A DNA stretch of 55,462 nucleotides, counting the filler, from Squatina squatina (lineage: Eukaryota): NCBI GenBank assembly GCA_031763465.1. It is 3 parts of 3 records of this genome, joined end to end, with 100 filler letters (N's around TTAATTAATTAA, not from the genome) between each part and the next. Parts side by side here need not be neighbours in the genome. Positions count along the whole stretch, not along the records: positions 34,934 to 55,462 come from JARFOE010000046.1; 2 more parts are not named here. One strand, given 5' to 3'. How positions within the stretch are numbered: position 1 is the stretch's first letter; the number at the start of each line of letters is the position of its first letter. The notes under the pieces were generated by a model. It worked only from the letters and a program-made list of their open reading frames with translations, searched no databases and was not told the origin of the DNA. Of this stretch, positions 34,972 through 48,864 are shown piece by piece. A program made the position numbers and the translations under genes.

Positions 34972-37900
34972 GTAATGAGGCACAGTCTTTTGCTTTTGAA
35001 TTTTACACTACAAGAGATTAATTACAATAGAAATCAGCACACTTAAATAACAATTCAACATTATGCAAACTGTGATAAAACATCCATTATTCAAAGTACA
35101 ATATACTGTAATTTCACAAAACCAACATTCACTTGAATTTAATTTCACTTCAATATTCTCTCATTTAGAACCCTAGGAACATCTTGCTGTTGGCACATCT
35201 TCCTTTATAGGCTGGAGTTGTCTGGACCATGGATGTCCAAGGCTCTCATTAATATATTTCAAGGACGTTTTCCATACATTAGTTGCATTTTTGCCACATG
35301 GGACGAAACATGCTGAGTCTTCCTCTTACCTGAGAGGGAGTACTCTATTGCAGCCCAGCTATTACAAAGTATTACAAAGTATTTACAGGCCATTCAGCCC
35401 AATAGGTCCATCCCTGTGTTTACTCTGTACATGAGCCTCCTCCCACCTCTCTTCATCTTTCTAACCCCATCAATTTATCCTTCTATTCCTTTCTCCTGTG
35501 TGTTCCATTTAGCTTGGTAACATCTCAAACTGTCTGTAGGTGTATGGAAATCTATAAGGTCATATCTAACCCAGTCAAAAAAATAGTCTGAACTAAAATC
35601 CTGCTTGAAGACAGTGACACATGCTCAAATACAATTCAAGAGATGCCAGTTGCCGCTTGGCACCTTATGTAAGTGGATATTTTAAATTTGTGTGCTTAAA
35701 CTATTTCAACTTCAGGGATCATTTAGTGAAATGCTGTTGCAGTTCCCCATCTCTGACTCAGCTGAGTCCAGGTAACTCAGCATGGATAAACAGAGCAGGC
35801 AGCTTTTAATATCAGTATTCGTTCAGAGTGTAACTTAGGATAATTTACATTGCACAGTGTCCTAAAGATATTGGCTTCATTACATTCTGGAACTGGCAGT
35901 GTAAAGTATGCATAAAAGAGAACATTGGCAATTTAAGTATACTGTAAATCTGTTAAGTCTTACACATTGGNNNNNNNNNNNNNNNNNNNNNNNNNNNNNN
36001 NNNNNNNNNNNNNNNNNNNNNNNNNNNNNNNNNNNNNNNNNNNNNNNNNNNNNNNNNNNNNNNNNNNNNNATCATCCTCAGCCAACAAAGGTTAACAGAG
36101 GCAGACTCTTCTGCCATGGGGCCCAAACTGAACTTGGCTGTATTCCTTTGAACCTTGGCCACTGGTTTCAGTACATTAGATGCCAGGAGTTCCCCCAGCC
36201 ACCAAGCTGACACACAATCCATTGCAAACAAAATGTAGCACCAAAATAAGATAATATTTCTGTATCCCTTTCCTAGGGCTTTCCCCTTATTATCCATACA
36301 TATCAAAAGATGGTTTATATTTGCGTAATCTTCAATATTTCAAAACTTTGTGACAAAATCCTTGAATACTTCATATACCTCATATTCATTTATACTCAAT
36401 AAATAATTTTTTTCAAGTTCCACTACACATGGTTAAATACCAACAATAATCAAAATCAAAACGCAATAGTTAAACAAAAAGCTATCTATATGGAATCGTC
36501 ATACAAAGAGTGTGCATACGACCAACAAAAAGCCTTGGCTATCTAAAAAACACATGTATGTTCTGATTTAGTTACTGGAGAGTACGGAATACCTCTATAT
36601 TCTGTAACTGCTCATTCTGTACGAGCATCTATCTACGATTGTCTAAAGTGCATCTAAAATATAAGTCTGTATTAATTGGCATACACTGTAATGGTGAACA
36701 ATTAATTTGTTACAGCAGTATCAGAGGCAGAAACAAAATTAGGACAGGTAATCAAAGTAATCGAAGAGATAGTTTTTTTATGTTTGGGAGAAAGGTACCT
36801 AGGTGGAGGGATTTGGGAAGGGAGTTCCAGAATGTAGAGCTCAGACGACTGATGTTCTGGTGAAACAGAGGGAAAGAAGAATCATAAANNNNNNNNNNNN
36901 NNNNNNNNNNNNNNNNNNNNNNNNNNNNNNNNNNNNNNNNNNNNNNNNNNNNNNNNNNNNNNNNNNNNNNNNNNNNNNNNNNNNNNNNGTATTTAAAAAT
37001 AGGTTCAGACTATGACATGATACTTATTAAAATTTTTGTGTATAATATCCTTTTTGATATATTTTGCCTTTGACCCTCATAAAAAAGGACATTTTTATTC
37101 TGTCCTCTTTTTTTCAGGATCAGACACAGATTTATTCTCTCCCTGATGCCTGCAGTGTTCAGATCTGGGAGGGTCAGAGAGGTGGGAAGAGTACAATAAT
37201 AGATAAGATAGGGGCTCCCATGGGACTTGTCCACCGCACACTCTATCCATCAGCCGCCTCTTTCTCTTACCAAGGTCAACACTAATGAGGCTGAGCCAGG
37301 GTCTCAGCCCCACGGGATCCTCCAATCAGCTCCCAGCAACACTCACGCGCTTGCACTTACAAGCAACCGCTTGCATACGACAGAGATTGCGACAGAAAGC
37401 AGCAGCCAAATCACAGACACCTGAGAAATGGCAGTGCTTCTCCACCCAGCAGTACAAGTTCACACTCGCTGAGTTTAAAAGAGGAAGAACACGAGAATTC
37501 TTTCTACTATGACACTGAATGCTTAATTCTGTCAGATCCTTACTTTCAAATAACCATTGATAGACTTATTAGAAATGCACTACAATTAATTCCACTTCAG
37601 TGAGTACTTGATAACTATGTGTAGACACAGTCCAACTTGAACAAATATTTAAATACACATCATGGTTCAATTAATTTGTGTGCCATAGGGTATAAATAAA
37701 TAACAATGCAGAAAGTGTGTGCCTTTCATCTGGCAGGATAGCAGCTATCGGCCTGTATGAACTTATCGTTGAGGTGAAATGTCACACAAACAAATTACAA
37801 ATCTTTGTTGGTCATTCTTTGCCTTTCACTCAGTGGGAAAACATCCCCGTCTGCTCTAATGACAACAAATGCAAATGGTTAGAATTAAAATTGCTCAGCA

Positions 37901-40900
37901 TATGGAACTATTATCACAACTGGAGCACCACAGATTAGGCGCTAAGGTGTCCAATAGCTGTCTATAGAATGCTTTTGCTCGAGGGAGGATCAAACTCATT
38001 TGGCCCGATATTGAGTATTTACTAACTTCTCAATATAGCATTTTATTTTAAAACCAGAAAGGCTTTTGTGCAATTGAAGTTAAATTTCTTGAAGAAATGC
38101 TGCTGCTTTAAAAAAAATTACATTNNNNNNNNNNNNNNNNNNNNNNNNNNNNNNNNNNNNNNNNNNNNNNNNNNNNNNNNNNNNNNNNNNNNNNNNNNNN
38201 NNNNNNNNNNNNNNNNNNNNNNNNTATATGTGGAGAAAATGTCTTTGTCTGAACATGTTGGACAGCAACATGAAAGATATTGGTTGACAAATCCAATCTC
38301 CATGATTACGAAAACTATTATTTTTGGAGAGTGCTAAGAGAACAGGACCTTCAGTTTTTCAAACAAAGATGTCACCTTACCCCAAATTAGATTTTACTGT
38401 TAACGTCATTGCAGACTCAATCTATCTTCCATCACCACCTTTGATATTATTCCTGCTGCTAATATAACAAGAATATTCTCATGTACTGAACATCTGTGGA
38501 CTGAAATTTCTTCCTTGACAGAAAGGAATATCTATCTGATGACACAAGCGGCTGATATCAACGGATCCACAGTACTTGTGCTACATCATAATAACTGCAC
38601 AGTGTGCACAGATCTTTTTGGAAATACAACTCAGTAACACATTATTGCACACCACTAATGAATATTTTAACCTTCTCCATTTTAAGATTTTCCCATAAAC
38701 CACAAACAATTAAAAGGCCCAATGGCCCCCCCCCCACCTAATTAGTCACAGTATCCTGTTCATGTGTGTATTGCTAAGTACTTCAATTACCATCCTGCTA
38801 CTGTCCTTGTTAGTACAGACAGACTGGGCCAGAAGGGAACAATTAACTGAATAGAAGCGTGCAGTGTGCAGGTGGAAACCTGCATTGTGTACCTGGCCCC
38901 AGAGGGACCGTGTTACAACATTGCACACTCTCCCAGCTGTGAGTCAGATAGAATGGGCCGTGGATAGATTTTGAGTTTCTCCATGCAGGTACAAAAGGTG
39001 AATACTTGTTAGTAATTCTATTATGAACACTCCTGCTGCAGTAATGGTGACTTTTTGCTATTCAAATAAGAAAAACACATTAATTCCTTGAGTCCCTTGC
39101 ATTTTTCAAAATATGCGCATACATTTTTCTAATATACATCTGCAAAAAAGATTTTCTGTAAATCTTTACCAGTGAATAAAACAGTAGAATTACAGAAGTA
39201 TACTGAACCATAAAACATTTTTAATCCATGAATTAGCTTTTTATGTTTATTCAGAGTACATTAACTGATTTTCTTTTTGATCCAAAATACATCTATCATT
39301 TATAAAGAGTTTTAACTCTGTATTTACATTTTTTGTGAAACACAGCAAATAAATTTCCAAATTTCCACAGCAGAATTTCTGACCATCACAAAACTAAAGG
39401 TTCAGTTTCAATGGTTGAAGCTTGAGACTCAAGCCCCAACACAATATATACTTGGGTGTTTTTAGTAATTGACTGCAGATTATCACTCAATAAATTTGTG
39501 ATGATTATGCTACAATCATTGCTGCTCGAGTGAGCAAGCTATCAACTGCATAGAATGTCTTTCCCCTCACTGTCCACCATATCATCCACCCAGACCCATC
39601 TACTGCACACGTGACCCTGCCAAATTCACAGCCTGATCTCACCCCACAAGCATTTCCCTTAGAACAATAAGGATGACCCTGGAGTAGTTTCAGTCATGTA
39701 ATCTCACTTCTGGATTCAGTTCTCAGTTATAAATCAGTCAAGTTATACTTCAGCAGTTTACCCATTATCCAGACCTCTTGATGAGATTACTGCCTCACAA
39801 TCACTCCCAGATTTCCATTATCCTCAATACAATACATACTACACAGTGTGTGTCCCAGTAATAAATGTTATTTCTCAGTAAACCAACAGTAATCACATAT
39901 TAGTGCTTCGTTGTCTTGTCTGAGTGACNNNNNNNNNNNNNNNNNNNNNNNNNNNNNNNNNNNNNNNNNNNNNNNNNNNNNNNNNNNNNNNNNNNNNNNN
40001 NNNNNNNNNNNNNNNNNNNNNNNNNNNNCTAAAGCATGCTTCTTTTGTTTTAAAGATATATGTCATATTTAAATTCCCTATACCATTGCTATGGATTCGA
40101 CTATGGCAAAAGCAGCAATTTCCATTAGGGAGATCAAAAGTACTGCTGACATATTTTGGGCCATTTGGGAATGTTTGCATGACAACTTCACTTACTGTTT
40201 TATTTCTCAATGTTTGAAGGAGATGGAAACTCAAGCAATGAGTATTATTGTTCTGTACTGTCTGTGGAATATGTTCCAAATAGTCAGTCAAAAAATGTGT
40301 ATTTTAAGGGATGGTAACATCACCAAAGGGATCTCTTTCTGTGAATATTAAGTACTTAGCACTGGATGGCTCCCAAGTTTTATCAAGGGTAGGTGGTTGG
40401 AATGATTTTTTAAAAAACAGCCCTCAGTTGGTCTGAGAATAGATTGGCATCAGTGGCAGCGAAGGGATCCCCATTGCAAACATCATTAGACTGGTGTTAG
40501 TCCACTGGTTGAACAAGTCCATGGAGGAGTTCCTGGAATGTGCTTTCAAATTTTAAAATAAATCTTAATGTTTTCTTTTTAAAACAATAATTACATGCAT
40601 GGGATGCATCTAAGTATATGCATTTAGCATTCAGAGAAACCATATGAGTTTCCTTCACCTTTAATTCTGGCTGAACAAAATACAGGGATACATATTTCTC
40701 TTGTTTATTCATTTGTTTTATCCTGGACATATTGCATTTATTTACATAGAGTGTGATGGATGCATAGTGGTGTTATTATATATGGGATAGTCTGCCTTGT
40801 ATTACCTGGAGGAGTTGATAAAATACAAGCATGTTAATTCTGTATAATGTGTAGAAGTATAGGGATTTCTTATCTTATCATGTGTTTGGTTTACAGTTTT

Positions 40901-41115
40901 GCCTTTTGCTGGTGGGATGTCATCGAGGGCAGCAACAGNNNNNNNNNNNNNNNNNNNNNNNNNNNNNNNNNNNNNNNNNNNNNNNNNNNNNNNNNNNNNN
41001 NNNNNNNNNNNNNNNNNNNNNNNNNNNNNNNNNNNNNNNNNNNNNNNNNNNNNNNNNNNNNNNNNNNNNNNNNNNNNNNNNNNNNNNNNNNNNNNNNNNN
41101 NNNNNNNNNNNNNNN

Positions 41116-41290
41116 CCCATCGCAGCTGGTTGAGCGTGACCAGTGCCTCGATGCTGGGAATGTTGGCCTGAGAGAGGACGCTGACATTGGTATGCCTATC
41201 CTGCCAGTGCAATTGCAGGATTTTGCGGAGGTAGCATTGGTGGTACTTCTCCAGTGCTTTGAGGTGTCTGCTGTATATTGTTCATGTCAT
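41116..41290 (-). mobile_element. RTE-clade LINE fragment
   Basis: TIYSRHLKALEKYHQCYLRKILQLHWQDRHTNVSVLSQANIPSIEAL..NQLRW. Confidence 0.85.
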
Positions 41291-44200
41291 ATAATCTGCA
41301 ATTCATTGCTAAAACTCTGTTATTTACATATATATATATAATGGTCAGTAAAATTCAAGTCAGGAACTTCAACATCACATACTTCAAGAGTGAAGCAAGC
41401 AATCTCCAAGAATGTTGTACCCAGTAGGACAGACTGAGGTTATAAATTGGATCTCCAGCCATATTAAGTTTTCCCAAGGTCTTAGTGCCTGCTGCTTAAA
41501 AAAAACTTGGATTATTAATTCAAGTGACATTTGCCCTCACCTAGGCTATTTAATGGAGTGAATTGATGGGGGTGGGGGGGGTGGGAAATGAGAGGGAACT
41601 AGGACCAAAATAATTCACCTGATCATCCAAGTGAGACTACACCTAGTAATAATTCTGCATAAGAAAGTAACATCACACTGTACAGTGATTTACTTTAATA
41701 CAAAATTTACTAGAAAGTTGTAAACTTCAATTCATTTAAGTGTGTTGCTTTGTAATACGAAACAAAAGCAGTATGGAACCCAGTACAATATGTGAAATAT
41801 TACAGACTGATTTTGTTAAAAATCTGCTGCATGCAATCATTGCACAAATTTAAAGGGTTAGAATGGGAAGAAAATAGACAGGGGAAACTCAAAAATAAAA
41901 ACGAATCTTCAAAATTGTTGTCATTGGAATATGCTTTGAAGGAAACAAGCTGTGTCCAAGCCCCATTCGAAATATCTCAGCACATTACATTTTTCAATTC
42001 CTAGGACACCCTGTATGTACGTGTCCCATTAGCATATGTCAGTAATCATTTTACAAGTTGCCTGTCAGCCCAAGGCTGTTCTACCAGGTAATGTCAAGGA
42101 AAGAACACGACCCTTCAGTGTTCAGCAGATTGTGTGAATCACTGGAGATCTGAGGGGGCAGCTTACACACTGTACTCAATCCTTCACCCTCTCCATCTCT
42201 TCTGCCTTTCTGAGAACTCCAAAACTGCTGGGATATAACCATCTGCATTTTCTAATGATGGTGCTTAGGTCTATCCTGAAAATAAAGCAGGTGGCAACAA
42301 TGCCAGCGATAAACAAATGAAGAATGAGTTTATACCGGTTTGGCCCCTTTAAGGGTCAGGCCTGAATGTACACAGTACAATAGTGCCACTGCTAAGCTAT
42401 GGGCTCCTGTATGTATAAGTATGCAACAGAAACTCACAGCTACAACGTCACCAACATGGCTGCAATGAAATTCAGCACCTTACTTGATTAATAGAAAAGA
42501 AAACTGAACAGCAAGGAGGGTGCAGCATTTTGGAACATCAGTGTACTGCACAAGAGTGGCGTTGTGTGGGTTCATTCAATCCTTAGCACAGCTATGTTTT
42601 CAGTTTCAGCTGTACCACTGTAGTGGTGCCGAGTGGAGGTCAACTATTTTCTTATAGGAAGGAAAGGAAAATCAGAGGGAGAACTCTACCCAGGGTAGTC
42701 ATTGTGCAGGCATTGGCCCACATCATTCAACCTGCCTACTTACTGAAGTTATTGTGCATTGCACAGAAATGAGAGTGAGGAACAGAGTACTGCAAGAAAG
42801 GATAAGAAACAGGTACTAATAAATCGTTTGCGCTACGAGAGTTGCCTGTGTCACCATGGCCTCAGGTTAACGGTCGCTGAAAATGGACAAAGTGCTAAGA
42901 GAGAAAAATTCGCCCTGTGGGATAAGGATTTTTAGCCCAGTGCTAACTTACTGTGTAACACCCTCTTGGTGGTGTTAGTGCAGGCATAGGAGTTGAAGTT
43001 CCTGTCCAAGAGCAGCGGCCCAACCTCTGGAAGCCAGGCGATAGAGTTTGCGAGACATTGTGGAAAATTAAAAGGGCAGTGCATTAAAAGGGCAATGCCT
43101 TCTGAACTAATAAAAATAAAATGTTAAAAATGCAGTTTTCAGCCCTTACTGCCTTTTAAAAAAAACATTATAATGAAGTCCCAAATGGGAGTCTTTAGCT
43201 CTTAACGCTGAATTCACTTCTGAACCTCAAAAAATAGGAAAAATACTTCAGTACTAACACAAATAGCTCAGCAAGATAGGGAAGGGGCACCCAGGGTCTC
43301 ATGCACAGCAGTNNNNNNNNNNNNNNNNNNNNNNNNNNNNNNNNNNNNNNNNNNNNNNNNNNNNNNNNNNNNNNNNNNNNNNNNNNNNNNNNNNNNNNNN
43401 NNNNNNNNNNNNGATATATGGAATGAAATGCTAACTGTCAGCTTGAAATGTGACGACGAGCATGTATGCTCCACTAATGTAATTCTACACTGATCCAACT
43501 GCATTTTCACTGCGCTTAAAAGGGATTATTATCATGAAATGTAAAACCAGGCATCCTCACCCCTGTTATAATCGTTCATGCTTGTAACACCATTTTACTG
43601 CAACTGCCTGTTTCTAGTTAGTTTTCCAATTACAGAATTTACAAAGCTCGCACTAGCAACTGCTACTAGTGGCATAGACATTTAATTTTAGTTGTCAAAC
43701 ATTCTTTGAGGGAACGAATCTATTTAACTGTATTTTGACACAATTTTCCTGAAAAGAATGCACTTTACGTATATCTTTGTGCTATAATCACTCATATTTC
43801 CTACTGTGATCACAGGAGTTCCAACCAATCAGCCTGCAGTATTGCTGTGATCTTGCAGGATAATCTGAATCTGGTTGGAGATAAACAAATGCCCTCCAAC
43901 TCAGAACTCAGTTTAGCACTAATCCCACTTAATTTTCACTCCAAAGTTTTTGTTCCCTCCAAGTAGTTTTCCACCTCACCGCAATGATTATAATTAAGAA
44001 TTTCACCACTACAATCACAGTTCTCCATTCTTTGCTCATCTGACTCACTGCGAAGGCAAGAGGTGTCAAGGAGCACACGTTTGCTGAGTGGTTTCTACTC
44101 CAATTATGAGAGAGCTTGGTTTCCAAGGATCCTCTTTTAGACTTGGGGTCAATTCAGTAATCCTCCATTTGGCAAAGATTTGAGTTGGAGTCAAACTGGC

Positions 44201-46019
44201 TCGATTCAGTTTGCTCACCTCAGTAATGCTGATCAGTTTTGAAGCCTAACAGTTCTAGTGGTGGTGTGAACATACAGATAGTTAATCAAGGCCTTGCAGG
44301 CTGTAGGAAAAAATATATAAATCACCTGCCAAGCTTTTTGTAGTCATATTGAAAACACTTTCCAGTGTGAGAAGAAAAACCTTTCAATTTTGTCAGACAG
44401 ATTTTGAAGTAAGCCATAATCATCAATAGGCCCAAAGAAAGTGATGAGGCTTCTCACCTGGGCTCTGAGCGCAAGCCTCCAATTAAAGAAAAATTGTTTG
44501 TTTTTAATGGTCTTTTACACTGACAAGTGGGCAATCATTCCAGCACCGGTAGCTGTCAGGGATCCAGGAAAATCCTCAGTTGATAATGCCCAATGCTTCC
44601 AATTAGGAGCAGAGCCGCTCCTGGAGCGCTAACGATTCCCCAGTCTCCACAGGCCCTCGATCAGACTTTTACTGCAAATTACTGACACAAAACAACTTGT
44701 ATTGATGGCGGAACATGTCGTCCGTGGCTGCTGNNNNNNNNNNNNNNNNNNNNNNNNNNNNNNNNNNNNNNNNNNNNNNNNNNNNNNNNNNNNNNNNNNN
44801 NNNNNNNNNNNNNNNNNNNNNNNNNNNNNNNNNTCCGTGGCTGCTGAGTTTAATGAGGCGATGGAAGTTTGGTTTTGCTGAATTTCTTTGTTTGACAGCT
44901 GCTTGGGAAGAGGAGTGTTGACCTTATAAAAGATTTAGTGATTCTCATTATATTCTGTCAAGTAGTAGAGTGATGTGTTTCTAAGTAATTTGCATCCAGG
45001 CTCCTTGTGCATATTTTTGCAGAGCATTTCTATATCAAAAAAGTAACTGTTGCCGTCTTTCTGTCAGTTTTTTTTTAAACAGTGCTTGTCCGAAAGCTTT
45101 TTCAAGCAGGGGGGATGGGTGGTGGGGGAGGGGAGCCGAGAGAGGAAAGTAAAAGAATGAGTTATATCTACGCTATAGTCCACCTAAGAAATTGAACTGT
45201 ATAGTTTTTGTTTTTCCTGGGTATATTAAAGAAATACCAACACATAGTGGCAGATGATGTACACAGCAGGGAATACTGGTGATAAGAGTGGCTCTATATC
45301 TGTGACGCTTTCTGACACAAACCTGGACCACTTGCTGAACTATAATAGGTTTGTGGGTATGATTATTTTTAACAAGTTGTCAGCAACTCTTGAGAGTTGC
45401 TGATAATTTTTCAGATCGACCTCCCTTTTGTTTGTTTTTCGGTATCATGGATCACACTGGATATCTGCACTCCCTCTTGTTTTTGTGGGGTGGGGATGGG
45501 GAAACACAACAAAGGAGTGTAATTAGTAAATTTGAACCAGGTGTAAAGTCTTTCTGTTGGCTATTCAAGTCGTCAGTGCTGATACTGCAACAACTGAACG
45601 GCCAAGGACATTATCATAGTGACATCATTTGGGCGATGCCAAAGGGTCTGAAAGCTGCACAAGCAGACCGCAGGTGAGGGTCAATTTGGAGTGTCTCAGC
45701 ACCTTGCCCCAAGTTTTACAGGATACATTATATTTCAGAAGTCTTCTACGTTCCTCTCAAATTAACTCCTTGTAGCTTTACAACATTACAACAGTGACAA
45801 GACTGCAAAAGTACTTATTTGGCTGTAAAATGCTTTGGGGCATCCTGATGTTGTGAAAGGCGTTATATAAATGCAAGTCAAATCTGAACATCCACAGTTG
45901 CCAGTGTAACATTGCAATGATATAAGACTGTTTACAAATGTGATTTTTTTTTTAATGCTTGCAAGGAAAGAAACCTCAAATTCTATTACTTGAACAATGC
46001 AAATCCAAAGGATTCAACA

Positions 46020-46467
46020 ACAACAACAAATACAACTTGTATTTATATAGCACCTTTAACATAATGAAACGTCCCAAGGTGCTTTACAGGAGTATTTATT
46101 TGATACCAAGCCGCCTAAGGAGAAATTAGGACAGGTGACCAAAAGCTTACTGAAAGACGTAGGGTTTAAGGAGCAAAGGGAAGTAGTGAGGCGGAGAGGT
46201 TTAGGCAGGGAATTCGAGAGCTTAGGGCCTAAGCAACAGAAGGTACGACCACCAATGGTTGAAGGAATATAATCAGGGATGCTCAAGAGGGCAGAATTGG
46301 AGGAGCGCAGACATCTCAGGGGGTTGTGGGGCTGGAGGAGATTACAGAGATAGGGAGGGGCGAGGGATGAACTTGAAAACAAGGATGAGAATTTTGTAAT
46401 CAAGGCGTTGCTTAACCGGGAGCCAATGTAGGTCAGCAGGCACAAGGGTGATGAGTGAGTGGGATTT
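46020..46467 (-). mobile_element. L2 LINE 3' end
   Basis: DLHWLPVKQRLDYKILILVFK...PPYLCNLL...GGRTF..LGPKLSNSLP, then tail GCTATATAAATACAAGTTG(TTG)n. Confidence 0.9.
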
Positions 46468-47935
46468 NNNNNNNNNNNNNNNNNNNNNNNNNNNNNNNNN
46501 NNNNNNNNNNNNNNNNNNNNNNNNNNNNNNNNNNNNNNNNNNNNNNNNNNNNNNNNNNNNNNNNNNNCCAGCAAAGAAACGCAGGACCAACACAGGAGTA
46601 GGCTATTGCCAGCCCCTCTCAGTTAGCAAATGTATATTAAAGCTGGCAAACTAAATGAGGGGAACAAAACACAAATGTTTAAAACAATATCCAAGAAAAT
46701 AAATCACTTATTAGAGTTGGCTTTCAGGTGCACAGACCTGGTGGGAGGTGGGCAGCACCTTCTGGGATCAGCTTAATTTAATAGTTAAAGGGCTGCTGAC
46801 TAACAATGAAGGGTACATTTAAAAGGGATGCAGTTGTTTGAAGGAAAATGGCTGCATATGGGGCAAAAGTTGTGTTCGGCTTTAAAGTGGCCGAAAATAT
46901 TTTCAAAGATTTTATATACCGCCTTTTCAAAGTCTCTGGAGGAGGGGAAAGGTGGTGATCAATACTCAGTAGCTGGCTTAATAGCAGGAAACAGAGTCTT
47001 TGGGTCTGTGATGGAACCCTCTGGTTGATTGCTCAAGTAAAGCTGCTGTTGCTTGAGATTGCTGAAAAGACAGTTCCTGGCACACAGTGGCAGCCAGGGT
47101 CGACACTGCACAACGTACTTATAAAACCTAGGAGGAAGATGGCACAACTTTAAAGAAAACATCGAGGTAAGCCTACCCAATGTTTCTGTGGCCCATATAT
47201 GCATGTCACAAAGCGTTGTTGTTATGCAACCTGATGCACATTTGCTGCTGACCCATGCCAAATATTCTCACAACCTTACAGCTCTTTTATTGCTAGTCAT
47301 GTATACTCATATGCCACAATTTACAGCCGTAATTTACAACAGCAAGCCTGAAAGCTATTCACATCTTTAAAGGGATTCACATATAAAAGCACTGTAGCAC
47401 AGCCTATGATGCGCAGTTATTTAATAATACCCAGGATGGGCTGCAGCTTCAGCACACTGTGAAGGTGCATCTTCAACTTGCCAACATGTCAAGATTACTT
47501 CGCTACTTGCACGACTAGTTGGTCTAATATGAGGGAAGAATCCCAAACAGGAGGAGCGTTCAGAAATTACCAGCCCTGAACTCCCATGGAGGAAGTCACT
47601 CTGGATTACCTTGTCTATAAGATCATAGAGGAGGCAAGAATCGATGAAGCTGGGGAAAATTTGTTACCTTGAGGAGTTGGACAATCTGCAAGCCCCAAAT
47701 CTATTATCTTATGAAAATTCAAAGCATACTGCACCTTTTCAAATCATTTCCCTCCCTTTTTTTTTTAAACCAGTGACTAAGTCCAGGTCTTTAATCTCCT
47801 TCACTAGGCAACTGGCTGGTCAGAAAAGAGCTACTTTAGTACTGTTACTAAAAGTGAAAATGAATGATGACCTGAATTTAACTTCAGCTTTCTGTGTATT
47901 GAAAAAAACAGAATGCAACACATTTTAAAGATAAA

Positions 47936-48358
47936 GGGCTAAAAATTGATTCGCGCCCCATTGGGGTACTCACAGGGCAGGAATTGGCATTTCTCTGCTG
48001 AATTCCGCCCCACCCCCCGTGGAATTCAGCAATCCGGGACGCCTGCGAGTCTCAGTGCGCTCCCGATCACAACTGGGGCGGCTGGCCTTGGACGTTGTTA
48101 GCATAGGCGCAGCGCCTCGCTAGCAACGTCAGAAGCGCCACGTCAGCACGTTGTGCGCTGACATCAGCAGCACTGCCAGGCCTCCCTTATAGGGGAGGGC
48201 CGCCGACCATCCTGACAGCTCCCCTTGGCCAGACACTGGGCCACCAGGAACACCAGCGGCCAGGCCGCCAGCCTGCCATGCCAGTCGTTGTGCCAGGTGA
48301 GGAGATGGTGGCCCGATCCGGCCAAGGGGGCCGAAAAATAAAGATGGCAGCTGGAGAT
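47936..48358. mobile_element. GC-rich non-autonomous DNA element, left end (Harbinger-like), cut by gap
   Basis: Abrupt shift to GC/CpG-rich sequence starting GGGCTAAAAATTG; internal inverted repeat TGCTGAATTCC...GGAATTCAGCA. Confidence 0.4.
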
Positions 48359-48644
48359 NNNNNNNNNNNNNNNNNNNNNNNNNNNNNNNNNNNNNNNNNN
48401 NNNNNNNNNNNNNNNNNNNNNNNNNNNNNNNNNNNNNNNNNNNNNNNNNNNNNNNNNNGCTTGCGAACACCAAGTCTGTCTCTTGACTCATGTGCAAGCC
48501 ATGGTTGAGGGTGGGCTGTTCACAGAGCTTGCTTCTCCCGTTGCTTGATTACCTAACACTATTCTCGACTCAACTGATCCATTGGTTGGGGGTGCATGCT
48601 CTATGTAGCTCTGTCGTAGCTTTGCCCGGACTTTGGCATAATTG

Positions 48645-48858
48645 TTTTTAATGCAGCGAGTTATTTTGTGATCTGGAATACACTGCCTGAAAGGGTGCTG
48701 GATGTAGATTCAATAGTCCCTTTCGAAAGGGAAATAGATTTCTGAAAGGAAAAATGTTCAGGGCTATGGGGAAAGAGTGGAGAAGTGGTACTAATTGGAT
48801 AGCTCTTCATAGGCACAATGTGCCAAATGGTTGCCTCCTGTGTTGTATGATTTTATAA
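48645..48858 (+). mobile_element. CR1 3' end
   Basis: TGGAATACACTGCCTGAAAGGGTG...TTCGAAAGGGAAATAGAT...GGGCTATGGGGAAAGAG...CCTCCTGTGTTGTATGATT. Confidence 0.75.
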
Positions 48859-48864
48859 TTCACT

